A stretch of DNA of 64,000 nucleotides from Octopus bimaculoides (Eukaryota): positions 41,206,289-41,270,288 of the forward strand of contig NC_068984.1 of NCBI RefSeq assembly GCF_001194135.2, written 5' to 3'. A model generated the notes under the pieces. That model was not told where the DNA came from. It worked only from the letters and a program-made list of their open reading frames with translations, and searched no databases. Both the position numbers and the translations under genes were made by a program. This document shows positions 51,590 to 64,000 of this stretch, one piece after another. Each line of letters opens with the position of its first letter. The first letter of the stretch is position 1.

Positions 51590-51903
51590 TTATTCGGGTG
51601 TCATTGATTCGTATACTCGTACATTTATTATTAGAGTGTTAATTCTCGGGGCATCCGGGATCCTACTTACATCACTATAGACAGTGGAATTTGGGTTATT
51701 CTTTTCCTCATATGGTAGAACCACACGACTGTCAGACGAAAAAGAGTAATCAGTCAGTGGGTCAATCCGTTCTAAGTACAAACTATTTTTAACATTAACA
51801 GATGTTTTTTTCTTATATCCGCGTTGGGCAGGTGAGTCATTGGATAAGTTCTTTCTATAGGGACTTTCTCCTACGCCAACCGTATTACTTAGTTTACTAA
51901 TAA
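51590..51903 (-). CDS. Candidate host exon encoding a Tyr-motif-rich cytoplasmic tail (alternative end at GTAAGT donor, 51671)
   Basis: Open, non-repetitive frame ISKLSN...LYLERIDPLTDY...NSTVYSDV...RVYESMTPE*; acceptor aaaacag at 51904. Confidence 0.35.
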
Positions 51904-51988
51904 CTGTTTTAATTAAACACTTGTTGTTCATTAAATTGTTATCTTCCTATGAATAACAATATACTTTGCAGTAACCTCCGTAAAATAC

Positions 51989-52077
51989 CATTTTTTCTCT
52001 CGCCACTCCCAGCAAAGGTCTCGTTATAATATTCAGTGTTATCATTAAAAATCTGCTCGTCTGCCAGAAGGTTTGAA
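51989..52077 (-). CDS. Candidate 89-nt host exon upstream of the above
   Basis: ttataag| SNLLADEQIFNDNTEYYNETFAGSGERKN |gtattt; phase-1 end joins in frame across an 85-nt intron. Confidence 0.35.
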
Positions 52078-52185
52078 CTTATAATTGAAATATTATTTAT
52101 TGAATTACTTATAATGCATGAAGAGCATTATTTTCCTGGGCATGTAAAATCTATTGATTGCATTAAGAACAATACTTATCATACA

Positions 52186-52420
52186 AGGCGCGTGGTTTAG
52201 TGGTTATGGGTACTGGACTCATGATCGTAAGACTGTGGTTTCATTTCCTGGGCCAGACGACGCGTTGTGTTCTTGAGCAAAACATTTCATTTTACGTTGC
52301 TCCAGTCCATTCAACTGACAAAAGTGAGTAACCCTGCAAAAGACCCGCGTTCTGTCCAGGTGCGGAATATGTACGCCAGGAAACCAACTCTTGTGAGTCG
52401 GCATGATTCGAGAAGGTAAC
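52186..52420 (+). mobile_element. tRNA-headed SINE, family E (V-domain-like)
   Basis: ggcgcgtggtttagtgg (A box); gtgttcttgagcaaaacatttc...gctccagtccattcaactg; fragment also at about 42900-43020(-). Confidence 0.7.
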
Positions 52421-52460
52421 TTTTTTTTATCACACAAATAATGAGAAAGAATAGATACAT

Positions 52461-52858
52461 TAGGTTCAATTTTTGGCACAAGGCCAGCAATTTCGGGGAG
52501 AGGTTAAGCTGATTACATCAACTTCAGAGCTCAACTGGTACTTATTTTATCGACCCCCCCAAGAGGTAAAGTCGACATCGGTGAAATTTGAACTCAGAAC
52601 ATAAAAGACAGACATAATACTGCTAAGTATTTTGCCCGGCGTGCTAACAATACTGCCATCTCGCTATTTAAGAGAAAGATTAAATATATTCTTTTCTACT
52701 CTAGGCACGAGGCCCGAAACTTTTGGGGAGAGGGCAGTCAATTAGATCGACCACAGTACGCAACTGGTACTTAGTTTATCGACCCCAAAAGGAGGAAAAG
52801 CAAAGTCGACCTTGGCGGAATTTGAACTCAGAATGTAAAGACAGACGGAATACCAATT
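52461..52858 (-). mobile_element. Two tandem SINE family A copies
   Basis: Two reverse units (about 52461-52650 and 52690-52858), each with tttgaactcagaa. Confidence 0.85.
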
Positions 52859-53039
52859 TCTTTATTACCCAAAAAGGGCTATACAAAGAGTTTTTATAGG
52901 ACATCACAAAACATAAAGAAGGTACAAAACGCAACAAACATAAAATTGAGGAACTAAGTGTTAAAAAACTAAGTGTTAAAAAAATTAAGTGTTAAAAAAA
53001 AAAGACTTCAAGCCACTTTTTCTCTGGTCGATTTTTATA

Positions 53040-53600
53040 CACTGTTTTCTAATCCTGAGAGTCCACCGAATGCGTGAAATAAGTATTATTTAAAGAATAC
53101 AGGAGTTATACGTGAGTTACTTGAAGTTAAATGCTCGAACAGTACAGTAACCGGCAGAGCTTCTATAGCGTACTGTGAACGACCAGATAAAAGTTCAGGC
53201 TCAGAGAAAATGGCTGCTCTGCGAGGAAAAGCGAGAAAAAACAAACAAGAAAAGAAGCGAGAAAGAAACGCGAACAACATACTAAGGGAAAAGGAGATAA
53301 AGGTTATGTTACTTTAACCTGCTAAATGAAGAATATTGTTAATATTGAGTGTTTATATCTAAAAACAAAAACCACTATGCCTTGTGGGGTTAGTCGAATA
53401 AGGAAAATGCTAAAGTGGGTGGTATCGCCTACCTGGTGACAGTGGAAAAATCCAGAGGAGCGTTGAAGAAAAATAGGGCGATAGTACTTGGCCAAAAGAA
53501 GGTGCTGTGAGAATGCCACCTCTACTCTCAGGTTTAGAAAATAATGTATAAAACTCGACCAGGAAAAAGTGGCTTGAAGCCTTGTTCTCAGTTTTTGTTT
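53040..53600 (+). mobile_element. Possible L1/Tx1 ORF1 C-terminal relic
   Basis: VTGRASIAYCERPD (decayed knuckle position) followed by a K/R/E-rich stretch; similar layout to 4560-4770. Confidence 0.3.
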
Positions 53601-54349
53601 CTCAAAACAAGAACAAAAAGCAAAACTAAGTAAATATAAAAACAAAAACACCGGATGAATCTGGCCATAAAGTTCCCAAGAGAATTCTCACGAAAGACAA
53701 AAGAAATGTTACTGGACAAAAGAACACCAATAACAATAATAATGACAACGACAACAGTAGCAACTACAAATTTAAAAGAATGCAAAGTTTTTTCTCGTTT
53801 TACTGAGCTCTGAACAATAACACAACTCCAACTTCAAACAATAAAATTTTCCATAATATTTTTCTATCAGCGCCCATTCTACAAATACACGTGTTTCCTG
53901 CCCTCTGTTACCTAACCTATACATCTACTTCCCTGACGTTCCTACACCAAACCTAATTCCACATAGCTCCCCCTAACCCAAAAAAACAACTTATCAGAGA
54001 TTATGTAAAGTCAGGAGGAACTCAGATATACGACAATCCGACGAAGAATAGCAGTCGTTGTCAGTCCACTTCTTGCAAAATTATAATAAAGATGTACACT
54101 ACAAAAAGTATTGAGTGATTCTTCAAATTAATTTCGTTTTTGTATCTGGTTTGCTAAATTCTTTATGTGAATTCGTGCGTTAACCGATTGACTAACAATA
54201 AAGGAGTGGAATTGAATCAGTGCGTGTGTTAATAATATTGGCATAATGACCTCCCTAGACGCAACAAAACTTCAGAATAATGTTAAATTGTTTTATTATA
54301 ACCCAACATAATATGACCATAATTACATATGAGCCACAGTCTCCTTATT

Positions 54350-54765
54350 CTTTTTTTTTCTTTTATTTGTTTCAGTCATTTGACTGCGGCCATGCTGGAG
54401 CACCGCCTTCAGTGGAGCAAATCGACCCCGAGACTTATTCTTTGTAAGCCTAGTACTTATTCTATTGGTCTCTTCTGCCGAACCGCTAAGTTACGGGGAC
54501 GTAAACACACCAGCATCGGTTGTCAAGCGATGTTGGGGGGACCAACACAGACACACGAACATATACAGACACATACATATATATATATATACATATACGG
54601 CGGGCTTCTTTCAGTTTCCGTCTACCAAATCCACTCACAAGGCTTTGGTCGGCCCGAGACTATAGTAGAAGACACTTGCCCAAGGTGCCACGCAGTGGGA
54701 CTGAACCTGGAACCATGTGGTTGGTAAGCAAGCTACTTATCACACAGCCACTCCTGCGCCTATAT
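54350..54765 (-). mobile_element. SINE family B, full length
   Basis: Minus strand: aggcgcaggagtggctgtgtgataagtagcttgcttaccaaccacatggttccaggttcagtcccactgcgtggcaccttgggcaagtg... Confidence 0.9.
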
Positions 54766-55170
54766 GTATATTAAAACTTCATTCGCCTCACTATATTATG
54801 TTGGCCAATATTTGAGTATACATACACTCACATAGTACACACACACACAAACACACACATACACACACACACACATGTATGTCAATAAAAGACTGGAAAA
54901 AAGTATAGCATCGCCTACAGTAATTGAACCTCATGTCTATAAATCATTTAGCCGTGCTAACGGCTATACCAAAGGGACATCACCACTTCAGGTGTTCAAA
55001 TTAGAATCTTTAACCTAACAAGCACGAATTCCTTAAACCATGACCTTGTCAACAGGGAACGCAGTCCAAACACAGTATCAAGATAGAGTATTATATAATT
55101 GTATATGAGGAAATCGGAAAAGTTGTAATGCACAAACAAGCATATGCAAACACACGCGCACATACACACA

Positions 55171-55215
<45 letters not shown>

Positions 55216-55996
55216 ACATGATCATCATAATATACCTGATGAAACTCTGGACCTCTTAAACCTGACAGTTTGTACATGAATGTATATTTTTTGCTTAGAT
55301 GTATGTATGTTTATATGCGTGTGCGTGTCCTATGAACGTTTATACGTGCGTGTTGTATATTATTGCATCAGCACTTATATAAATACAGGCTTAGATTGTG
55401 AGTATAAGTATAGCTCTGTGTACGTGTTTGTAGGAGCACCACTGATCTTGATATTTATCACTTGGAATGTTTCTTTCGTTGTTGTTATTTTTGTTTCTGT
55501 TGGTTTTGGTTAGTCATTCTGTTTGGGTGCGCATAGCTAGTCAGTTACACCTCACGACAAAGAAATAGAACACAATTATCGCAGAGTAACAATGATTTTA
55601 GGCGAAAATCTGTCAGTGAGTTTCAAGTTACCGGCTGGCCAAAGCAAAACAAAAAAAAAAAAGAAAAACAAGGGAGAAAATGAAAATAAAAAAAAGACTA
55701 TTCCACACTATTCAACGTCTCTAGTTGTGTTCTCCTTCCTGTTTAAACACCTTTCTACATCACCAGTCCCTACGCCACTTCGCCACGAGAAGAATGCAAA
55801 CTTAGTTACATTTGATACGGATAAACAGTCACAAGTTAAGTAGATTTAATTAAAAGATCAGAAACAGGATCAATTCTGTGATTAATCAACCTAAATAAAC
55901 AATATAACGAACTCGGTGTTTTGAAATATTGAATATTTTGCTCTGTATATGTAAATCTGGTTCCCGCGAATACACCACACGCATGTGTATGTGTAT

Positions 55997-56059
<63 letters not shown>

Positions 56060-56779
56060 AAAACAATGCGTGCAATATGTTCACACTAAGTCTTTACACT
56101 CTCATTACTTTTATTGTAAGTGTTCTTATTAATAGGTAACTCAATGATTTATTTGTGTGAGTATGTATGTATATATGTATGTATGTATTTGCATGTGTGT
56201 GTGAGGGAAAGAGAGAGAGAAAGATGTGTATGTGTGTTTGAGAGAGAGAGAGAGAGTGTGTGTGTGTGCATGCGCAAAAGATGCTTTCGCATTTGTACAT
56301 TTGCTCCTCGAAGAGTATAATTAGATTTCATGAAAGTATTGGGGATTTTCGAGACTCATGTTCAGTTTGTGAGAGGGACTGCCACGTTTTGTTAAAATTT
56401 GCTGAGTTTGCAGGTTTTGTTTGTGTAAACTGTTGACCAGACTATGACACAAAAAGAAATTTCAAGAACATGCAATACTAAACAACTTACTATTAGTAAG
56501 CATCGAGTATTTAGAACTTTCTAATTTCAGTTGCTAAAGGGATTTCTCTTATTAACCAACTCTTTCCTAGAGACAAGAAACCAACGCTCCCTCTAAATTT
56601 TAGTAGCCACTGTGCGGAAAAAGTCAGATGTTATGCAATTATTTTCTTGCTACAAAAATATGTGCTCACTAAGACATGTGTAAATTTGAAATTGTTTCAA
56701 GATAATTTTGGCACGGCCTGTCTCGCATTGTGAAAAAAATGCTTTGGTATGTTTTAATGAGAGCCTGACAAAAAGAAAT

Positions 56780-56827
<48 letters not shown>

Positions 56828-57189
56828 NNNNNNNNNNNNNNNNNNNNNNNNNNNNNNNNNNNNNNNNNNNNNNNNNNNNNNNNNNNNNNNNNNNNNNNNN
56901 NNNNNNNNNNNNNNNNNNNNNNNNNNNNNNNNNNNNNNNNNNNNNNNNNNNNNNNNNNNNNNNNNNNNNNNNNNNNNNNNNNNNNNNNNNNNNNNNNNNN
57001 NNNNNNNNNNNNNNNNNNNNNNNNNNNNNNNNNNNNNNNNNNNNNNNNNNNNNNNNNNNNNNNNNNNNNNNNNNNNNNNNNNNNNNNNNNNNNNNNNNNN
57101 NNNNNNNNNNNNNNNNNNNNNNNNNNNNNNNNNNNNNNNNNNNNNNNNNNNNNNNNNNNNNNNNNNNNNNNNNNNNNNNNNNNNNNNNN

Positions 57190-57450
57190 AATAACAAAAG
57201 TATATATTAGTATGACGCTCGGGAATACGGAAAGTCTTTGACGTTTCGAGCTACGCTCTTCAACAGAAAGAATACGGAGACAAGGAGAAAAACACGGAGA
57301 AAAAAATTGAATAGTGTTCAGTCAACGGTCAATCATAATAATGGCCGATCATAACAATGGCTGACCGGAAGTTAGAAATTCTTATTTCAGGAGAGCTAAG
57401 AAAGGGGGAGATAACAAACGGTGATCGGGAACGAGGGGCTGTGTGTGGGA
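57190..57450 (-). mobile_element. Penelope-like terminal repeat, family H1
   Basis: gacgctcgggaa...agtctttgacgtttcgagctacgctcttcaacagaaag shared with 17860-17925. Confidence 0.55.
57235..57271 (-). ncRNA. Minimal hammerhead ribozyme motif, variant core CUGUUGA (best copy)
   Basis: ucuuu-CUGUUGA-A-GAGC(gua)GCUC-GAAAC-GUC-aaaga; perfect stem I (5 bp) and stem II (4 bp). Confidence 0.6.
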
Positions 57451-57779
57451 GGTAATATATATATATATTACAGCATTCTACAAAGTAATGTAGTTATGAA
57501 TTTATGATACTTTCAACAGCTTAGTTCCTTTAGTTGTTCTTTTTAAAAAAAAAAACATTTTTCTTACTGCTATGTGATGCAATGTTGGGATAAATTAATA
57601 TCTATAAAACCCATCAGTCTACGTATCATGGTTATTAAAGCTGCTGAACTGATTATATCAAAACTCATTCAGTTACAAACCTAGTTAACAAAGCATCTAC
57701 ATGCTTAATGTGAAAAACTTTAGACATCACGAATTTTCGGGGTTTACAAAATAATTTGAATTAAAACTGTACAAAGTAG

Positions 57780-59400
57780 CATATTTTCAAAATACTCGGT
57801 TATTTTTTCTTTATCCTTTTTGTAGTGTTTACCATTCTTTGCAAACTCTGTATAATAGAACTTTATATAACAGGTAGAACCTCTGTTCAACTGACAGTTA
57901 TTTTTTATACTCTTAACATATCCAAATGATATTCCCCCAAATGATTTCTCGACTTACATTTGATTTGATTGATTCGGCTAAATTCTCGCTCACACTGCAC
58001 TAAACGCAAGAAAGGTTTCTCCAATCTTTATCAACTTACCAATGCTGTAAAACCGATCATTTTGAAATACAAATGTAACCTTCTGAACAGAGTTTGTATT
58101 TCATATTTTCCTTTCAAGGAAAACTGAATCCAGTAAGCCGTCTAACTATAAAAGTATTTCAGACGAGCAAATCCAGAGATATACTTAAGGCATTTGCTTA
58201 TTCATCGCCAAATATATAGTCACAATCTGTAGTCGTTGGTAAATCATATGCTGGCCTTTCTTCTGTCATCTTCAGGAGACTTTTCTTCAATATAGGTATT
58301 AAGATGAAACTTATAAAGTCAGACTTGTCTCTACTATTTTCTTCGTGTTGTTGGCTTAGCAAAACTTAAACTTTGCTACTCTACGAAGAAGCGATCCAAA
58401 TACTACTTTCTTATTTTGTTAATTTTATCCTGTTCAAAATGCAATCGATTTCAGTTTACTCTTTTGTGGAGCCTTGTATGGCGTAGCCTTTCCTTTGCAG
58501 ACATTACTTAAAAATCGGTGTTTTGGGACAGAATTTATCCACAGAATCATTTGACTTCTCTTCTTCGAAGTATGGAATGTATGCCACATGTTGCCTTCAA
58601 TGTGAAGTGTTGAGATAGTCATCTGACTTCATTAAGTAGTCTGAAAACAATAATTTCATTTTTCACAGGTTTCTACAAATTCTTTAAATGTGCATCTTTT
58701 AACCGTAGATCAAGAGAAAACAGTATCGATTGTTCTCGTCAAAGTTTCAGGGTTTCTTATTAAATTGATTTTTTCTACACTTCACAAATCCCAAGCTCTT
58801 CACTGTAAGTTATACAATGTTGTTGGACTAAGTGTGGACTGCCTTCTTTCAGTCTTCCTATGATACCATTAACTCTGCCCGACATTACTGACGCTCTAGC
58901 ATACATAAACATCACCTTTTATGGTGATGTTTGAAAGGTTTTGTTGCCTAAGCTTTTCACCTCAGCCAAATGCGATTAATTTAGTAAATAACGCCTTAAA
59001 AAGTCAAATTTTCTAAATATCTTCCCACTTGTTTTTATGAACAAATTCTCCAGCAACTTCCGTATCACAAAAACACAAACAGAGAACTCCACTCTCAGAA
59101 TCATGCATAAATATTTCTCGTAGCTGAATGCTAATGCCTTCATAGGCTTTCGCTAAAACAGTTTTGTACAATTTTATGAAGCCATTTAACTTCAAAACAA
59201 CTTGCACTTCTTTTGCTCTTCATTCCTTCCCATTCTTTTGATTACAAAGTGATACATGGTATTTTCCTATAAAAACTTGTAAACTATCAACAGAATTTGA
59301 AAGCGCTTCGAAAGCTTTACGTTTTGGACGCTGTCCACCGAACATAGCTGCAGCTTTGCTGCCACTGCACAAACTGAAACAGGAAATGTAACATAAATTA
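57780..59400 (-). mobile_element. hAT transposase relic (ZNF862-like)
   Basis: ASVMSGRVNGIIGRLKEGSPHLVQQHCI..EELG and FRLLNEVR*LSQHF match DGASVM..HC.AHR..VRWLS; many stops. Confidence 0.75.
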
Positions 59401-60479
59401 GTGATGTCCGACTAATTAATCAAAACAATTTGTTAAGAAATATTCCCAATACGTATAACAGTTAATTACCACATTATTTTAAGCAGCTAATCTGTTATGC
59501 ACGAGTTGCAAAATGTGTGTGCGCCCACGCGCACAGCATAACCGGAACAGTGTAATAAACATTTATAAAAGAAAATAAATATTAACGGTGTCAGACATAT
59601 TTCATTGTAAGTACCCTGTGAGTTTCCTCGGGGTGGGGAGCCTAAGGGCCCTTTATTCCTTTACAGACAAAATGAATTAACTGGATCGGGTGCGGCGAGG
59701 GGACAAAATAATATTTTGCTGTGTGGGTTGTGCATAGGGTGAGTGTCTGCCGTCTGTTAAAAACGTAAAACTGGAAGAAAAGATTGTGGAGGTGTTAAAA
59801 GATTTTAGACGTGTCAAACTTAACGTTAATCATATTATAAATTAAGTTTGTTAAAAATGGTAACAATAATAACTTATATTTGTTTTTGCTACAATCATTT
59901 CAGTGTCGGATATACAAGAAGATTTTGTTTCTTATTTAATTTAGTGCTTTTTTTTAATGATCTTTTTTCTTTTTTTTTTTTTTAGGCTTTTGGGGAATTT
60001 TTTTTTACTTTACCATTTGTAACCAGATTAAAAGAATTTCTTTTTTTTTTTAAATGTTCAGAAATTTGAATTTCATACAGTCTTACTTCCACATCATCTA
60101 ATTTCCGCAAGGAAAAAAAGAAACAAAAATAAAATAAAAAGAAAACACATATTCATACAATATATTCACTCCTAAATGCATGAATCTGCAATATATTCGT
60201 CCTTTCAAAGACTAATTAAAACTCACACACACACATGCATTCGTCTTATTTCTTTTCCATACTGCAGAGTTTATCAAACCGTCCTTGGACTGGTCCAGTA
60301 GCATAGCGGATGCTTTTTTTGTTTTGTTTTTGTTTTTCATGAGAAAAGCTTGTTAGTCCTTCAGTCAAATCTTTACCATTCTACAAGAGATACTGTGAGT
60401 GGTCTCTCACGATTCTCCTTAATGCACAACGAAACCGATTTCGGAAGAGAAGAAACGATACCGAAAGAATGAAAAACAA

Positions 60480-61920
60480 CGTTGACAATGGTGGAATTTG
60501 AACTCAGAGAGCAATTCCATCAGGATCAACAAGGACACAAGACCGGGTCATAAAACACAATGTCTCCACCATGGAAAAACATGCGGATGGTGCATGCACT
60601 GCTTCTAAGAGGAAACAATATATAGACGCAGTGCGGACAACGGCTGCTGAACAGTGGTCTTCTTTAGAAATAGCACAGAGGACTGTAATTTCCGAACATC
60701 AGACGTTGAATGTGAGGAACATGTACCAGTTCTCATGACCACTGCAAACAACAAAAGATCCAGGGTGGCCACCTCTGATGCCTCTGCAAATGTCAGACCT
60801 GTGGCTACCACTGCCGCCCTGTATGTCACACCAGTATTCTTACTGAATGGCAGGGCCTTGTGACATCCCATCAATGCAAAATCCCATCCATGAGAGACTT
60901 AGTTACATGTAATCAAACAATGTGCACGGCACCAACAGAAACACATCTAAACGCTGACATGTGAGATGCTGAGATATACATACGAAAATATGTTGCATTT
61001 CGAGCTGACAGGAGAGAAAAAACTCATGGTGGAGTTGCAATGTATATCCGGGAAAATGTCACGCCTGTAGCCCTGCTATCTCACTAAACCTCAGTATGTG
61101 TTACTCAGTATATGGTAATATGTGCTACATGTCGCCCACCAGATGCTCCAAATCATGAGGACTCATTCGAAGAGAGCCTCAGAAAGATGGAAGTACCTAG
61201 ATGACACCCTTTACATACTTTTTCTAGGAGACTTCAACCTCCCTAAAGTCAAATGGCCTGAGGGCCGCCTTCCCTCAGGTATGTCACTGCATAAACAGAG
61301 GCAAGCAGAGTCTGCTCCACCTCACAAATAAGTTCTTTGTGGAGCAAATAGTGCTCCATACAACAAGGCGTAAAAATGTTCTCGACCTCTGCTTTACAAA
61401 TAACATGGCTCTCATCCATAATGTTAAGGTGACACCGACTCGAACCATAACTTAATAGAACTAACAATGTGTGGTCCGCAGAAAACTGCAGATATACAAT
61501 CTACTAAAAGCGCCCAACTCCTCTCCAGTCTGAACTTTCATAAAGCTGATAGGAAGGGTATTCAGAAAGAGGTCATGGAATAAAGCTGGTCTTCCTGTCT
61601 CTACGCAAGGTATTTGACATAAAGCTACAGCACATATGCAGTACGTTTGCCCCAGAGGGAATGTCAAACCGATAGAAAAACACAATTCCCAGGGATAGAC
61701 AGATTCTAATGAGACGACGAGCAAAAATCTCAAACCGTCTGAATGGGACACTAAAGGATTGCGAAGAATCCTATCGCAAGCAAACAATGCTTAAGATCGA
61801 AAATGAACTCAAACACTCCCATGAAAGGAGAGGTAATGGAAGGAAGCCAGAGCTGTAAAATAAAATCTAAAAATAAAACTTAAAACCTTCTATAGATTTG
61901 AAAAAGGGTCTACTTTAGTA
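60480..61920 (+). mobile_element. CR1-group LINE relic, same family as 49.6-51.1 kb
   Basis: RADRREKTHGGVAMYIRE, FLGDFNLPKVKWPEGRLPSGMSL, VLDLCFTNN..IHNVKVTP; nucleotide similarity to the minus copy. Confidence 0.8.
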
Positions 61921-62657
61921 CGGTACAAGATAGGGTCACTATTCGAAGAAAAATAAAAGCAGAACGTACATACATACATACATGCATACATACATACATA
62001 CATACATACATACATACATACATACATACATACATAGGGGAAGGGAAAAAATGACCACACTCATCGCTGGAGACCATATGAAAATATGTGATAACATGTA
62101 AGCGACTATCAATATCTGTTTGTATACATCTGCTCTTATTCTGAAACAACATCTAAAAGATATTTGATGCGCACGTAGTAATGAGATAACGTAAGCCATC
62201 CAATACTTTACATCAATGCTATGCCTTTATTTTCTGTTCTACACAATGAAAGTTATAAATATGAAAGTATTAACGAAAATACATCCTATAAAAGTGAGGT
62301 AGAATGATTACAGTATTTTAGCAGACTTTAAACATTATAGCAATTCCTACTCTTACAATAATAATATTCATCAATGCGTTTTCTGTACCAGTAGATACCA
62401 ATATTCGGAATACTAAATTGGTCTATAAAGAAAATAGAGAAAGGGAAGAAGGGAAGGAGAAACAATAAAAACTTAAATACTGTAATAGAAGAAAAGTTAT
62501 CCGTAGGAAAGACTATTTTTATTGTTTAATACGTATCAAAACAAGGATATTAGTAAAGGAACATCCATTAAAACTTCTTTCAAATGCAGTATTAGAAGCC
62601 TTATATAATTCTTTTGGGTAAAAATAAAAACTTAAATACTGTAATAGAAGAAAAATG

Positions 62658-62812
62658 CAGAAACAGGAAGTAAGAGCGAGAGAAAGTTGTGGTGAAAGAG
62701 TACAGCAGGGTTCGTCACCATCCCCTGTCGGAGCCTCGTGGAGCTTTTAGGTGTTTTCGCTCAATAAACACTCACAACACCCGGTCTGGGAATCGAAACC
62801 GCGATCCTATGC
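62658..62812 (-). mobile_element. SINE family C, 5' part
   Basis: Minus strand: ataggatcgcggtttcgattcccagaccggg (B box) plus body shared with the 31.2 and 47.0 kb copies. Confidence 0.8.
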
Positions 62813-63322
62813 CCTACAGGAGGAACATTTTTTTACAAAATCTGTGAGAAGGATATTTATGAGCGAAATTTTCAAAAAGTAGAATTTTCCTTCCGTATTA
62901 TAAATTCGCATTTATATTTATAAATGCAGATGCATTTTCCTAAGTTGGGAAANNNNNNNNNNNNNNNNNNNNNNNNNNNNNNNNNNNNNNNNNNNNNNNN
63001 NNNNNNNNNNNNNNNNNNNNNNNNNNNNNNNNNNNNNNNNNNNNNNNNNNNNNNNNNNNNNNNNNNNNNNNNNNNNNNNNNNNNNNNNNNNNNNNNNNNN
63101 NNNNNNNNNNNNNNNNNNNNNNNNNNNNNNNNNNNNNNNNNNNNNNNNNNNNNNNNNNNNNNNNNNNNNNNNNNNNNNNNNNNNNNNNNNNNNNNNNNNN
63201 NNNNNNNNNNNNNNNNNNNNNNNNNNNNNNNNNNNNNNNNNNNNNNNNNNNNNNNNNNNNNNNNNNNNNNNNNNNNNNNNNNNNNNNNNNNNNNNNNNNN
63301 NNNNNNNNNNNNNNNNNNNNNN

Positions 63323-63356
<34 letters not shown>

Positions 63357-64000
63357 CATACATACATACATACATACATACATACATGAATACATACATA
63401 CATACATACATACATACATAATATGTTTATAAACGAATGCAAGCATTTCCTGAAACACTCCAACTTAAGTAGATTCCAGAAAAACAACAACTCCAACAAC
63501 AAAAACCAAAATACCAACAACGAAGAAACCTGCATATTTCCTACTTCTGGTATAAGACAACGAATATGGAAGGCGGAGATAGACAAGGAGAAAAATGATT
63601 GCGTTTATCCATAAAAGTACAAAACGCAATTGAAAAATACGTAAATATTTTTGTTGGATGTTTGGATAAAATTAATTTTCTTCTTATTCTTATTCTTTTT
63701 CTTGTTTTCGGGGATAATTTGTTTCCTTCTTCTGAAATGCTATACGACATTGTTTGTACAAATAGAATTAGTTCTAAAACAATCCTCAGCCCTCCACCAC
63801 CCCACCAATATTCTTCTATTCTTTGTACCTCTCATTCATATACGCTCTCAACATCCAGCACCCCCTACATACGCATAAACCCACCCACACACAACACACT
63901 CTCTCTCTCCCTCTCTCTCTACCTCTCTCTCTCTCTCTCTCTCTTCCTCTCTTCCTCTCTATCTCACACTCTCTTTCTACATATATACCTGTGTATGTAT

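Noticed and set aside
63470-63570. Minus-strand TM-like segment (AGFFVVGILVFVVGVVVFLEST*) behind a good acceptor
   Set aside because: The hydrophobicity derives from an AAC-rich low-complexity tract, and there is no supporting upstream exon in the window.

Overview
AT-rich, gene-poor eukaryotic DNA, very dense in microsatellites (CA, TA, TAGA, CATA, TTA, CAT). Many N-gaps abut (TA)n runs, as in a short-read assembly. The repeat families look like those of a coleoid cephalopod, most likely Octopus; this is recognition from memory, not a database match. Almost all listed ORFs are microsatellite or N-gap artefacts, or antisense shadows of transposons. The window is mainly layered transposon remains: at least four tRNA-type SINE families; DNA transposon relics (maT-like and rosa-like Tc1/mariner, mariner, Tigger/pogo, hAT; piggyBac-, hAT- and Harbinger-type MITEs); and non-LTR relics (two R4/Dong families, HERO-like, two CR1-like, L1/Tx1 ORF1). 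Several Penelope-like (PLE) repeats carry minimal hammerhead ribozyme motifs. No host gene is identified with certainty. The best candidate is two minus-strand exons at 51.6-52.1 kb encoding a Tyr-motif-rich, receptor-tail-like peptide. The most interesting signals are RNA- or retroelement-level: a hammerhead family with a shared non-canonical core (CUGUYGA), a tRNA-headed PLE-terminal chimera, a repeat family with hammerhead core motifs in permuted order, and R4/Dong elements embedded in two different microsatellites. Repeat boundaries are approximate unless TIRs or TSDs are given.
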